From Eledone cirrhosa (taxonomy: Eukaryota): a stretch of DNA of 64,000 nucleotides. How positions within the stretch are numbered: the first letter of the stretch is position 1; each line of letters starts with the position of its first letter. The stretch covers positions 27,962,001 through 28,026,000 of the forward strand of contig OZ024742.1 in NCBI GenBank assembly GCA_964016885.1. Direction: 5' to 3'. The notes under the pieces are model-generated. The model saw only the letters and a program-made list of their open reading frames with translations. It made no database searches and was not told the origin of the DNA. This document shows positions 52,918 to 64,000 of this stretch, one piece after another. The position numbers and the translations under genes are program-made.

Positions 52918-55425
52918 TGTTGTTGCTGCTGTTGTTGTTGTTGTTACTATTATGGCAGTTGTGGTGGCTGTTGTTGTCGTTGTTACTGTTGTGTCAGTTG
53001 TGGCTGTTGTTGTTGTTGTTGTTACTGTTATGGCAGTTGTGGCTGTTGTTGTTGTTGTTATTACTGTTATGGCAGTTGTGGTGGTTGTGGTGGTTGTTGT
53101 GGTTGTTGTTGTTGTTGTTACTGTTATGGCAGTTGTGGTGGCTGTTGTTGTCGTTGTTACTGTTGTGGCAGTTGTGGCTGTTGTTGTTGTTGTTGTTATG
53201 GCAGTTGTGGTTGTTGTTGTTGTTGTTGTTATTACTGTTATGGCAGTTGTGGTGGTTGTGGTGGTTGTTGTTGTTGTTGTTACTGTTATGGCAGTTGTGG
53301 TGGCTGTTGTTGTCGTTGTTGTTACTGTTATGGCAGTTGTGGTGTTTGTTGTCGTTGTTGTTACTGTTATGGCAGTTGTGGTGTTTGTTGTCGTTGTTGT
53401 TACTGTTATGGCAGTTGTGGTGGTTGTTGTTATTACTGTTATGGCAGTTGTGGTGGTTGTGGTTGTTGTTGTTACTGTTATGGCAGTTGTGGTGTTTGTT
53501 GTTGTTGTTACTGTTATGGCAGTTGTGGTGTTTGTTGTTGTTGTTGTTACTGTTATGGCAGTTGTGGTGTTTGTGGTTGTTGTTGTTACTGTTATGGCAG
53601 TTGTGGTGGTTGTGGTTGTTGTTGTTGTTGTTGTTACTGTTATGGCAGTTGTGGTGGTTGTGGTTGTTGTTACTGTTATGGCAGTTGTGGTGGTTGTGGT
53701 TGTTGTTACTGTTATGGCAGTTGTGGTGGTTGTGGTTGTTGTTACTGTTATGGCAGTTGTGGTGGTTGTGGTGGTTTTTGTTGTTGTTGTTGTTATGGTA
53801 GTTGTGGTGGTTGTTGTTGTTGTTGTTATGGCAGTTGTGGTTGTTGTTGTTGTTGCTGTTGGTGTTACTGTTATGGCAGTTGTGGTGGTTGTGGTGGTGG
53901 TTGTTGTTGTTGTTACTGTTATGGCAGTTGTGGTGGTTGTTGTTGTTGTTGGTGTTACTGTTATGGCAGTTGTGGTGGTTGTGGTGGTGGTTGTGGTGGT
54001 TGTTGTTGTTGTTGTTGGTGGTGTTATGGCAGTTGTGGTGGTTGTGGTGGCGGTTGTGGTGGTTGTTGTTGTTGTTGTTGTTGGTGTTACTGTTATGGCA
54101 GTTGTGGTGGTTGTGGTGGTGGTTGTGGTGGTTGTTGTTGTTGGTGGTGGTGGTGTTACTGTTATGGCAGTTGTGGTGGTTGTGGTGGTGGTTGTGGTGG
54201 TTGTTGTTGTTGTTGGTGGTGGTGTTACTGTTATGGCAGTTGTGGTGGTTGTGGTGGTGGTTGTTGTGGTTGTTCTTGTTACTGGTATGGCAGTTGTGGT
54301 TGTTGTTGTTGTTGTTGTTATGGCAGTTGTGGTGGTGGTGGTGGTGGTTGTGGATGTTAATGTTATGGCAGTTGTGGTGGTTCTGGTGATTGTTGTTGTT
54401 GTTACTCTTATGGCAGTTGTGGTGGCTGTGGTGGTTGTTGTTGTTGTTACTGTTGTTATTACTGTTACAGTTGTGGCAGTTGTTGCTGTTACTGATGTGG
54501 TTGTTGTTGTTATTAATGTTATGGTTGTTGCTGTTGTGGCTGTTATTGTTGTTACTGTTGCTGTGGTTGTTGTGGCTGTTGTTACTGATGCTGTTGTTGT
54601 TACTGCGGTTGTTGTTACTGTTGTGGTTGTTGTGGCTGTTATTATTGTTACTGTGGTTGTTGTGGCTGTTGTTGTTGTTACTGTGGTTGTTGTGGCTGTT
54701 GTTGTTACTGTGGTTGTTGTTACTGTGGTTGTTGTGGCTGTTGTTATTGTTATTGTTACTGTGGTTGTTGTGGCTGTTATTGTTGTTACTGTGGTTGTTG
54801 TGGCTGTTGTTGTTACTGTGGTTGTTGTGGCTGTTGTTATTGTTACTGTGGTTGTTGTGGCTGTTGTTGTTGTTACTGTGGTTGTTGTTGTTGTTACTGT
54901 GGTTGTTGTGGCTGTTGTTGTTGTTACTGTGGTTGTTGTGGCTGTTGTTGTTGTTACTGTTGTTGTTGTTACAGTGGTTGTTGTGGCTGTTGTTGTTGTT
55001 ACTGTGGTTGTTGTGGCTGTTGTTGTTGTTACTGTGGTTGTTGTGGCTGTTGTTGTTGTTACTGTGGTTGTTGTGGCTGTTGTTATTGTTACTGTGGTTG
55101 TTGTGGCTGTTGTTGTTGTTGTTACTGTGGTTGTTGTGGCTACTGTGGTTGTTGTGGCTGTTGTTATTGTTACTGTGGTTGTTGTGGCTGTTGTTATTGT
55201 TACTGTGGTTGTTGTGGCTGTTGTTGTTGTTATTACTGTTATTGTTGTAGCTACTGTGGTTGTTGTTAGTGTTACTATTGTTGTGGTTGTTGTCACTGTT
55301 GGTGTTGTTAGTATTACTGTTACTATTTGGCTGCTGCTGTTGTTGTTAGTATTACTGTTACTATTTGGCTGCTGCTGTTGTTGTTGTTGTTAGTATTACT
55401 GTTACTATTTGGCTGCTGCTGTTGT
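52918..55425. repeat. 2.5-kb (GTT/GTG)-based array with higher-order units (TTACTGTTATGGCAGTTGTGG, then TTACTGTGGTTGTTGTGGCTG)
   Basis: Direct inspection. Confidence 0.95.
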
Positions 55426-55759
55426 TTTTACTTCTGACCATTGCCAAACCAAAAGACTCTGCTCTTTCTTAATGAGATTCAGGCATAGAGAAATTCTGCA
55501 CGACAGCTTTCATTTTGAATATTCATTAGATCTCAAGAGAGAATTATTTCACTAATAATAAGGGGATGTGAAAACATCTCACCATTTTCTTTGCCTTTTT
55601 GTTTGAGCTTTTTTTTACCATTCTCTACTATTTTATATTTATTTTTTGTTACTGTTGTTGTTGTTGTTGCTATTTTGACATTAAGTTTGATTTTTGGCAC
55701 TTTCTCTTATTTCTTCCCAAATGCATTAGTAATAATATTGGAAGTAGAAATAATAGTGC

Positions 55760-55808
<49 letters not shown>

Positions 55809-56105
55809 GGTGGTGGTGGTTGCAGCAACAGCTCAGTAAATTTCTATAACCCTCTTACCCCCACCCCCCCACACACACATAAAGTACTTCCAAGTGACAG
55901 TGATTAGCTCAGCTTTGTTTTTATAGCATGAAGCGGATGGCAGATAAATCTTTTCCTGGATAGGATAACAGCCTCTCATCGCAGGTAACATTAATAAATG
56001 ATCTCACAGTACAAAAGGTGAACTGGAACATTGTAAAACTAAATCTGCTTCGAAATACACAATGTATTTCAGCATTGGTGAAATTTAGCACAAGATCTAC
56101 AAGGT

Positions 56106-56486
56106 GGTAGTTAGTTCAATATTGTAGCCAGTTTATGTATATAATGGTAGTTAGTTCAATATTGTAGCCAGTTTATGTATATAATGGTAGTTAGTTCAAT
56201 ATTGTAGCCAGTTTATGTATATAATGGTAGTTAGTTCAATATTGTAGCCAGTTTATGTATATAATTGTTTCTACTTTTGGCACAAGGCCAGAAATTATCC
56301 CAGTGTATTACTGGTACTTTATTTTATCGACCCCGTAGGGATGAAAGGCAAAGTTAACCTCGGCGGGATTTGAACTCAGACCATAAAGGGCCGTAACTCT
56401 TTGCTGCAAAGCACGGCGTCTGACCCTCTACCGATACTGCCAATACACCGCCATAAGTTTATGTATATAATGGTAGTTAGTTCAAT
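56106..56486. repeat. 40-bp tandem repeat (4 copies plus a partial copy) interrupted by a SINE1 (56266-56454, minus) with an apparent 16-bp TSD
   Basis: Unit GGTAGTTAGTTCAATATTGTAGCCAGTTTATGTATATAAT; AGTTTATGTATATAAT on both sides of the SINE. Confidence 0.85.
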
Positions 56487-56618
56487 ACTTGTTTTTGCCG
56501 AGAATAAATAAGTGACATAGTCACTACTTTAAAACTCATAGTGAATGGTCTTCAAAATGTTTTTAATTAAACACAGTAAATTGCCAAATATACTATACAT
56601 ACATTCATATATATATAT

Positions 56619-58836
56619 AATTCAAGCATGTTTTACAACGTGAGGACCAGAAACAGGAGGTATTCAAGATTGCGAGGCAGTGTGTCAGAGATAGTTGTGA
56701 TGTCATTGGAGAGAAGTGTATCCGGAATGATAAAGGTGAGCTTGCCCTCACAAGTGCTGAGAAGAAAGATGCATGGAAGAGTCATTATGATAGATTACTA
56801 AATGAGGAGAATGCATGGGAAGAAGAGACCCTACCTCATGTAGACCCTATAGAGGGACCAGCAGTACAAGTCAGCGGCAGCATAGTAAGTAAGGCAATCA
56901 GAGATATGAAGATGGGGAAGGCAACCGGTCCATCGGGTATAGCTGCCGAGATGCTGAAGGCATCTGGGTCTGTAGGTCACACTATAACCACACGTATCGT
57001 TAACCAGGTAATACTAGAAGGGGCCATACCAAAAGATTGGTGCAGTAGCATCATTGTCAACTGCTACAAAGGTAAAGGCGATGCACTAGATAGAGGAAAC
57101 TATAGAGGTATAAAGTTGATGGACCAGGTCATGAAAGTAACAGAAAGAGTTATAGCACAGCTGATTAGGGACCGGGTGAATATAGACGAGATGCAATTTG
57201 GGTTTGTACCAGGGAGAGGCACCACTGATGCCCTCTTCCTTGTGAGGCAATTACAGGAAAAGTACCTAGCTAAAAGTAAGCCACTCTACTTGGCATTTGT
57301 CGACCTTGAGAAAGCCTTTGACAGAGTTCCACGTGCAGTAATCTGGTGGGCTCTTAGAAAACTAGGAGTAGATGAATGGCTTGTGAAAGCGGTACAAGCC
57401 ATGTATAGGGGAGCAGTCAGCAAAGTTAGGATTAGCAATGAGTATAGCGAGGAATTTAGCGTACAGGTTGGGGTCCACCAGGGCTCTGTTCTTAGCCCTC
57501 TCCTGTTCATCATAGTCCTGCAGGCAATAACGGAGGAGTTTAAGACCGGATGCCCATGGGAACTCCTGTATGCTGATGACCTCGCACTCATAGCTGAATC
57601 TATGGTAGAACTAGAGAATAAATTCCAAACCTGGAAGCAGGGACTAGAGAGAAAGGGCCTCAAAGTCAACATGACAAAGACTAAGGTCCTTGTAAGAGGA
57701 CGAGAAAACAGAACCCAGATCCCCTCAGGGAAATGGCCTTGCTCAGTATGTAGGAAAGGTGTAGGTAGGAACTCCATTCTCTGCCCCAAATGCAAACAAT
57801 GGGTACACAAAAGATGTAGCGGGATCTCAGGAAGCTTAATTAAGAATGTAGGATTCACATGCAGCAGCTGTGCTGAAACAGCAAGCAAACAGCCACAGGA
57901 AACAAGTACCACCAATCTCTGGGAGGGCCCTGTAGAAACAGTAGACAGCTTCTGCTACCTAGGAGACCGAATTAGCAACGGAGGTGGGTGCTCAGAAAGT
58001 ACAATAACTAGGGTAAGAACGGGATGGAAGAAGTTTAGGGAACTACTACCACTGCTAGCTGCAAAAGGCTTCTCCCTCAGAATGAAAGGCAGACTGTATG
58101 ATGCGTGTATCCGAACAGCGATGTTGCATGGTAGTGAGACCTGGGCGCTGAAGGTGGAAGACTTACGTAGATTAGAGAGAAACGAAGCCTGCATGCTCCG
58201 ATGGATGTGTAACAGTAATATACGTGAACGACAAAGCATAAATGAATTGAGAGAGAGACTGAGCATAAGAGGAATCAAATGCTGTGTGCAGGAGAGGCGG
58301 TTACGCTGGTATGGACATGTGATGCGTATGAAGGATGACAGCTGCATAAAAAGGTGCAGAGCACTAGAAGTTGATGGAAACCGCGGAGTGGGGAGACCCA
58401 AGATGACTTGGGATGAGGTGATAAAAGCCGACCTTACCCAACTGCACCTCTCAAAGACAATGACACACGACCGTGACTTCTGGCGTCACGCAGTAATACA
58501 GGGTACCCGACCTCCCATGGGTACATGCTGAAGCATATAAACAATATGCCCCCACTCCCCCCACCGCAAGGTGGTCGTGGAGGTGCCACGGCAAAATAGC
58601 ACCCAGCCCACACTGTAAAGTGGACGTGTAGGCGCCACGAAAAAGCACCCAGCACTCACTGTAAATGAGGTTGGTGTTAGGAAGGGCATCCAGCTGTAGA
58701 AATCAAGCCAGATCAGTTCCTGTATGAGCAAGGCATGGTCAGCCGACCAGACACTGCCCACAACAGGACAACCCGTCTAACCCATGCTAGCGTGGAAGAA
58801 CGGACGTAAAACGGTGATGATGATGATGATGATGAT
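56619..58836 (+). mobile_element. RTE LINE subfamily B, 5'-truncated, intact RT-PHD frame
   Basis: The 541-aa ORF is almost identical to the 47019-49091 ORF; TA on both sides. Confidence 0.97.
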
Positions 58837-59020
58837 ATATATATATTTATATATATCATCCCTGTTTAATGTCAATTTTCCATGCTAGCATGGGTTAGAT
58901 GAGTTGTCTCATTTGAAACATGTCAGATCATACAGAACTGTTTCTGGCTTCGTTTCTATGGCTGGAAGCCCCTCCTAAGGCTAATATCCACACACACACA
59001 CACACACATATATATATAAG

Positions 59021-59071
59021 AGCTTCTACAGGACAGGAATTGTTTCATTCGTGAGAAATCATCAGGAAGCT
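59021..59071 (-). ncRNA. Type I hammerhead ribozyme motif (family of 17936)
   Basis: AGCTTC-CTGATGA-TTTCTCACGAAT-GAAA-CAA..CTG-TA-GAAGCT; stem I covaries with GAGATTC/GAATCTC. Confidence 0.8.
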
Positions 59072-59589
59072 GGCTGTCCAAGTAAGTGGTGGTATTTATA
59101 TCTTTTCTGGTGGTAGGAGAGGGTGGGGATTGGGATGGGTGGAGGTCATTGGTTGATGGATTTAAAGAGAAGGGAGTTCATTAAAAGCTAATTCTTTAAA
59201 GCTATAATATTTACAATATATATATATATATACGCAGTTAAGGATGTGAGGTAAAGTAATTTTAATGTAGATATAATTGCAGAATTGAATTAGAAGTCTA
59301 CACTGTGAAAATAATTGTTTCTACTTTAGGCACAAGGCCAGCAATTACCCAGTACATTACTGGTACTTTATTTTACCGACCCCGTAAGGATGAAAGGCAA
59401 AGTTAAGCTCGGCGGGATTTGAACTCAGACTGTAAAGGGACGTAACTATGCTAGAAAGCATGGCGTCCAACCCTCTACCGATACTGCCAATGTGAAAATA
59501 ATGAAGTGTAAACACTTTCAACTGTTCCTCTGTACATACACACTCTCCCTCTCTCTTTCTCACATATACTCACACATATATACATATAT

Positions 59590-60575
59590 ATAAGCTCATT
59601 TCTTATTGATTCTTCCATGATTCAAGTCGAGAAGTATTTTTGAAAATTAATTCTCTCATGAATTAAATGAAAGAGCATATTTTTTTCTCAATATTAAATT
59701 TTATTTAATTATATTTCAACTACAGTATTTATTCTCTTAATATTTGTAAACAGGACTGTTTTGAAATGTTTGTGTCTCATCAGTACAAACTAATTAGAAA
59801 TACATTAATTACATTACATTTCATGAAAAAAAAAAAGAAAGATCGACAGAGATATGTTAAAATATCTGATACAAATATTTGATAAAAAAATTTATATAAA
59901 CTTTAGGTGATTTCAAATCAGGCAAAAAAAGGAAGGTAAATTTATACTGACATACAGAATTTAGTGTTCTTTAAAACAATCCTGTATATCTTCTGCTGAC
60001 ATTCATTAGCAGGTAATTTTCTATTAGCATTGAATTCCATAGAGAAGATTATAATTCATGTCATTTTATGTGTGTGAGAACAGAAAGAGTCATTTAGCAC
60101 ATGCCTGTTCTATGTTTGCTTTTCTTGACTTGAGATTTTAGGTCTCAAGTTAGCATACACTTATAGTCACTACTATATATTTTGTCAAGAATTACACAAA
60201 TATTCCATGGAGATATCTGTAGCATTGTAAGCTCATTTCTTATTGGTTGTTGAATTTCTTTGTAAAAGTCTGGCTGGAAATTTATTCTCTCGTTAATTAA
60301 ATAAAATACATCATTTTTTTTCTTAATATTTAATTTAATTTAATTATGTTCCTACTACAATATTTACTTTGTTAATATAGTTATGTCTCATTGGTACAAA
60401 CTAATTAGAGGTACGTTAATTACATTGTAGTTTACAAGAATTGATAATGTATGAGACAGAAATTGAGAAAGATAGATAGAAATATTTTATATAAATATTT
60501 GATTAAAAGGAATATGGTTCATAGTTCATTTCAGATCAGGTAGAAAGAAAACTAAATTTAAACTGACATTCAGAT
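59590..60575. repeat. Diverged direct duplication (about 59590-59960 and 60228-60575); the first copy has a decayed minus-strand hammerhead at 59743-59789
   Basis: TAAGCTCATTTCTTATTG..GTCTCAT..GTACAAACTAATTAG in both copies; TTTGTA-CTGATGA..(A)AAA-CAGTCCTG-TT-TACAAA. Confidence 0.6.
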
Positions 60576-61325
60576 TTTTAGATTTAATACAGAGAGATAG
60601 TGTATGAGATATTCATACATACAGAAACAAAAATGTATGACTGAATACACATATTCTTTCTCCAAAAATGTGTTTCCATTCCATCCTTTTCTCTCTATCT
60701 TTCTATTTTATCTTTTATTTCTCATTCCATCTTTTAGTGAAGGCCTAGTGTCCGAAACGTTAAGACTCTTTTTCCTATCATATCAAGCATTAAACTAATA
60801 TATTTATTCATTGTACTGTGTTGCTTGCTTTGTTGTTTCTGTTATTTTTGCATATAAATATATATATGTGTGTGTGTGTGTGTATGTTGAATCTCTGTAG
60901 AAGAAGGACTGGGAAGGCCACAAATCAGAGTAGTACTCAATGCATGTAGGAATGGAGAGTGGATATATTACTGAGGTAAGATTCAACTGCAAGCTTGTTA
61001 GGTTACGGGCCAAAACCGCTCAAGCTTGCAGTTGAATCTCTTCCTCGTTAATATATTACATAATAAAATAAATATATAAATCATATACATATATATATAG
61101 TGAAGGCGTGTGGCTGAGTGGTTAGAGAATTGGATTCACAATCGTAAGGTTGTGAGTTCGATTCCTGGACCAGGTGATGCGTTATGTCTTTGAGCAAGAC
61201 ACTTTATTTCACGTTGCTCCTTCTACCTGGAGTTGATAGATAGTATTAGCAATTGGAAAGACCAACGGAAACATTGTTCCCTCGGTCCGATTTGACGAAA
61301 GTCGATCGTTCCTTTATATATATAT

Positions 61326-61673
61326 GGAGGCACATGGCTTAGTGGTTAGAGCATTGGCCTTGCAATCAAAAGGTTGTAAGTTCAATTCTCAGACCGGGTG
61401 ATGTGTTGTTTCCTTGAGCAAGACACTTTATTTCACATTGCTCCAGTTTACTCAGCTGTAGAAATGAGATGATAGGGACTGGGGTCCCTATCATTCCACT
61501 GCAAAGTGGTCGTGGAGGTGCTACGGCAAAAAAGCACCCAGCACTCACTGTAAATGAGGCTGGTGTTAGGAAGGGCATCCAGCTGTAGAAATCAAGCCAG
61601 AATCAGTTCCCGTCCCACCCTTGCAAGCAGGGAAAAGTGGATGTAAAATGAAATGATGATGATGAATGATGAT
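61326..61673 (+). mobile_element. SINE family 2 (flanked by a head-only variant at 61101-61220 and a partial copy at 61683-61862)
   Basis: As 16207-16550. Confidence 0.9.
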
Positions 61674-62843
61674 ATATTTGTCAGTTCAATTCTCAGACCG
61701 GGTGATGTGTTGTTTCCTTGAGCAAGACACTTTATTTCACATTACTCCAGTTTATTCAGCTGTAGAAATGAGATGATAGGACTGGGGTCTCTATCACTGC
61801 AAAGTAGTCGTGGAGGTGCCACAGCAAAAAAGCATCCAGCCCACACTGTAAAGTGGACGTGTATTTCCAAAAGAGAATGCTGCAGATGTGAGAGGCAAAT
61901 GTAGGAGAGTTTTTTATATTCAAGCAGGCAAAAAAAAAAACTCAACAGAACCATCACCTCTTACAATAATCCACAAGTAAGAATTGGGTTTAGCAAGAAA
62001 CATTTATGCAGGGAACATTCCCCATCCACTAAAAAAAAAAATCAAAAATAGGAATAATGCTGGTTTAACCCACCCTACAACACAAATGACTTGACCGATA
62101 TTACCAGCAACATCCTATCTTTAGTAAGACACTTTCAATGTAAGCAATATATATGTGTGTGTATATCATCATCATTGCATTCATATTCCACTTTATATGC
62201 TGGCAGGACATTTGAGGCAGTACTTTATTGCCAGATTCCCTGCATGATGCCAAACCATTTAGCTACCCATTACAACATGCAGAACTACAGTGTGCCTATT
62301 TTAAAACCTGGGATACATGCAGTTATATATAAAAATATATGTGCGTGCCTATCTGTATTTATCTATAGACATTTCAAATGATGCATCAAATTGCATCCCA
62401 TTATGCTGAAAGATAACTTAGCTATTCAATAGAGATCGATAAACATGTACCAGACTGGAATAAGTACTGGGGTTGATACTAAACACTGTCTTACATAAAC
62501 AGAATATCACACACACACACACGTAAATACATTTCTTTCGCTCTTACTCTCTCTCCATATATACAGAAATACATATACATATGTATAGAAGTATATATGA
62601 ATATATATATATATATATATATATATGAATACATATATATATATATATATGAATACATTTATATACAAGTACATATGCATACATATATATATTTATAAAT
62701 ATATATATATATGTGTGTTTGTGTATATATACACATACACATACATAAAAACATAGATGTACACATACACTGAAAAGTTGCACACAAAAAATAAATATCA
62801 TTTAACATATATACATATCTTTTAAAATCTCTCTGTTGTATGC

Positions 62844-62920
<77 letters not shown>

Positions 62921-63494
62921 CATATTTATATATATATATATATGTATATACATATACATATTTATATATATTATATGTATACGTGTATGTGTCTGTAAGT
63001 ATATAAGACACGTCCAAAGTCTGCAGACAGAACCACCACCCATTCATAAATCCGCAAAATGTAAACATATTTAGTGCTGGTATGAAAGAATGTTCTGAGC
63101 AGTATACATGGGAGAGGAGAGGAGCTAAAGGAATGGAAACAAGATTGATATCAGAGAAGCAGCATTTTTGCATCTCTTTTGAATATTATGTCTGATATAA
63201 GCAATGTTATTATATTTCCTCTTGTCTCGTGTTTAGTATAATACCATGTATTTGTGTATACATTCACACATACATGTATGTATTTCTGCATATATATATA
63301 TATAACAAAGGAAATGTGGTAAGGAACCAGATGGAGCATAACGCACCAGAGTACTCAATACTTAGTGTAGTAGAGTGGGAAATAGAAAAAAGTATGACCC
63401 CGACGGCAGAGCTTAAGCCGTTTCGATGGGTATTTCTGCACTCAGAAATAGCCGTCGAAACGGGTTGAGCTCTGCCGTCGGGGTCATACTTTTT

Positions 63495-63582
<88 letters not shown>

Positions 63583-63829
63583 AGAGAGTATTGAAGTTTG
63601 CTTGAAGCGTTGTGGAATAATAAGTAAATAACTATAAGTCGTTTGGAAGCCTCGACAATGCAAATGGGTAAATCTCCGAGTAACAAGATCCGGTGGTGGA
63701 GAGAGAGATGTACGTGGGTGTACGTTGAGATGCGTGGTGTGTATAAGATGTGTAAGATGTGTAGAAGAATGAAGGGACGCGTATAAAGGATAAAATAAAA
63801 ATAAAAATAACAACACGAGAGAGAGTTAC

Positions 63830-64000
63830 CTTGGGAGAGATTTAATAGTCCCTATATATTTCGGATTCACATCCATCAACTGGCGGTTTTTTCCGGGGTG
63901 GGAGAAAGGTTGTCTGTCGGACAGGCGCGGAACGCTTCCTCCGCTGTTTGTTGTTTTGAATATCTGAGGTATTCGGCAGAGCACGCGTGCGCGTGAAATG
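63830..64000 (-). promoter_or_regulatory. Probable first (5' UTR) exon or promoter-proximal region of the minus-strand gene
   Basis: Markedly CpG-rich unique segment; donor CAAG|gtaact at 63830; same strand as the Ig exon; linkage not proven. Confidence 0.45.

Noticed and set aside
53000-54420. CRISPR-like appearance (constant TTACTGTTATGGCAGTTGTGG with variable intervals); also the 40-bp and 75-bp arrays
   Set aside because: The intervals are simple GTT/GTG runs, not unique spacers; no cas genes; eukaryotic context.
52795-55393. Long Cys/Gly/Tyr-rich, poly-Val and poly-Thr (mucin-like) ORFs
   Set aside because: Several frames on both strands are open simply because the array is built from stop-free GTT/GTG triplets; no convincing splice signals or domain context.
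63848-63882. Minus-strand GGAT-GTGA-ATCC-GAAA-TATATA hammerhead-like half
   Set aside because: No CTGANGA box and no stem I partner; it lies in the probable first exon.

Overview
AT-rich, repeat-saturated animal genomic DNA. The SINE/LINE repertoire and microsatellite density suggest an octopod cephalopod (inference). Most of the window appears to be intron of a minus-strand gene: one clear 125-nt exon (14580-14704) encodes the start of a Dpr/ZIG-8-like Ig domain, and a CpG-rich probable first exon lies at the right edge. The rest is mobile DNA: about ten 5'-truncated RTE-clade LINEs (RT followed by a PHD-type finger, (GAT)n tails, sitting in (TA)n), two abundant tRNA-derived SINE families, piggyBac-, hAT- and pogo-like MITEs, a DD37D Tc1/mariner relic, Dong/R4, CR1 and Tx1 fragments, and long micro/minisatellites. 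Two main hidden signals. (1) One LINE copy (about 29495-30190) carries roughly 65 sense-strand A-to-G changes with ADAR-like neighbour preference, i.e. a probable A-to-I hyper-edited RNA that was reverse-transcribed into the genome. (2) A dense set of short non-coding elements carries type I hammerhead ribozyme motifs (Penelope-like pLTR type), often as inverted pairs, with a shared 3' ACTC..GAGTAC hairpin and (TA)n flanks. All counts and alignments were done by eye.
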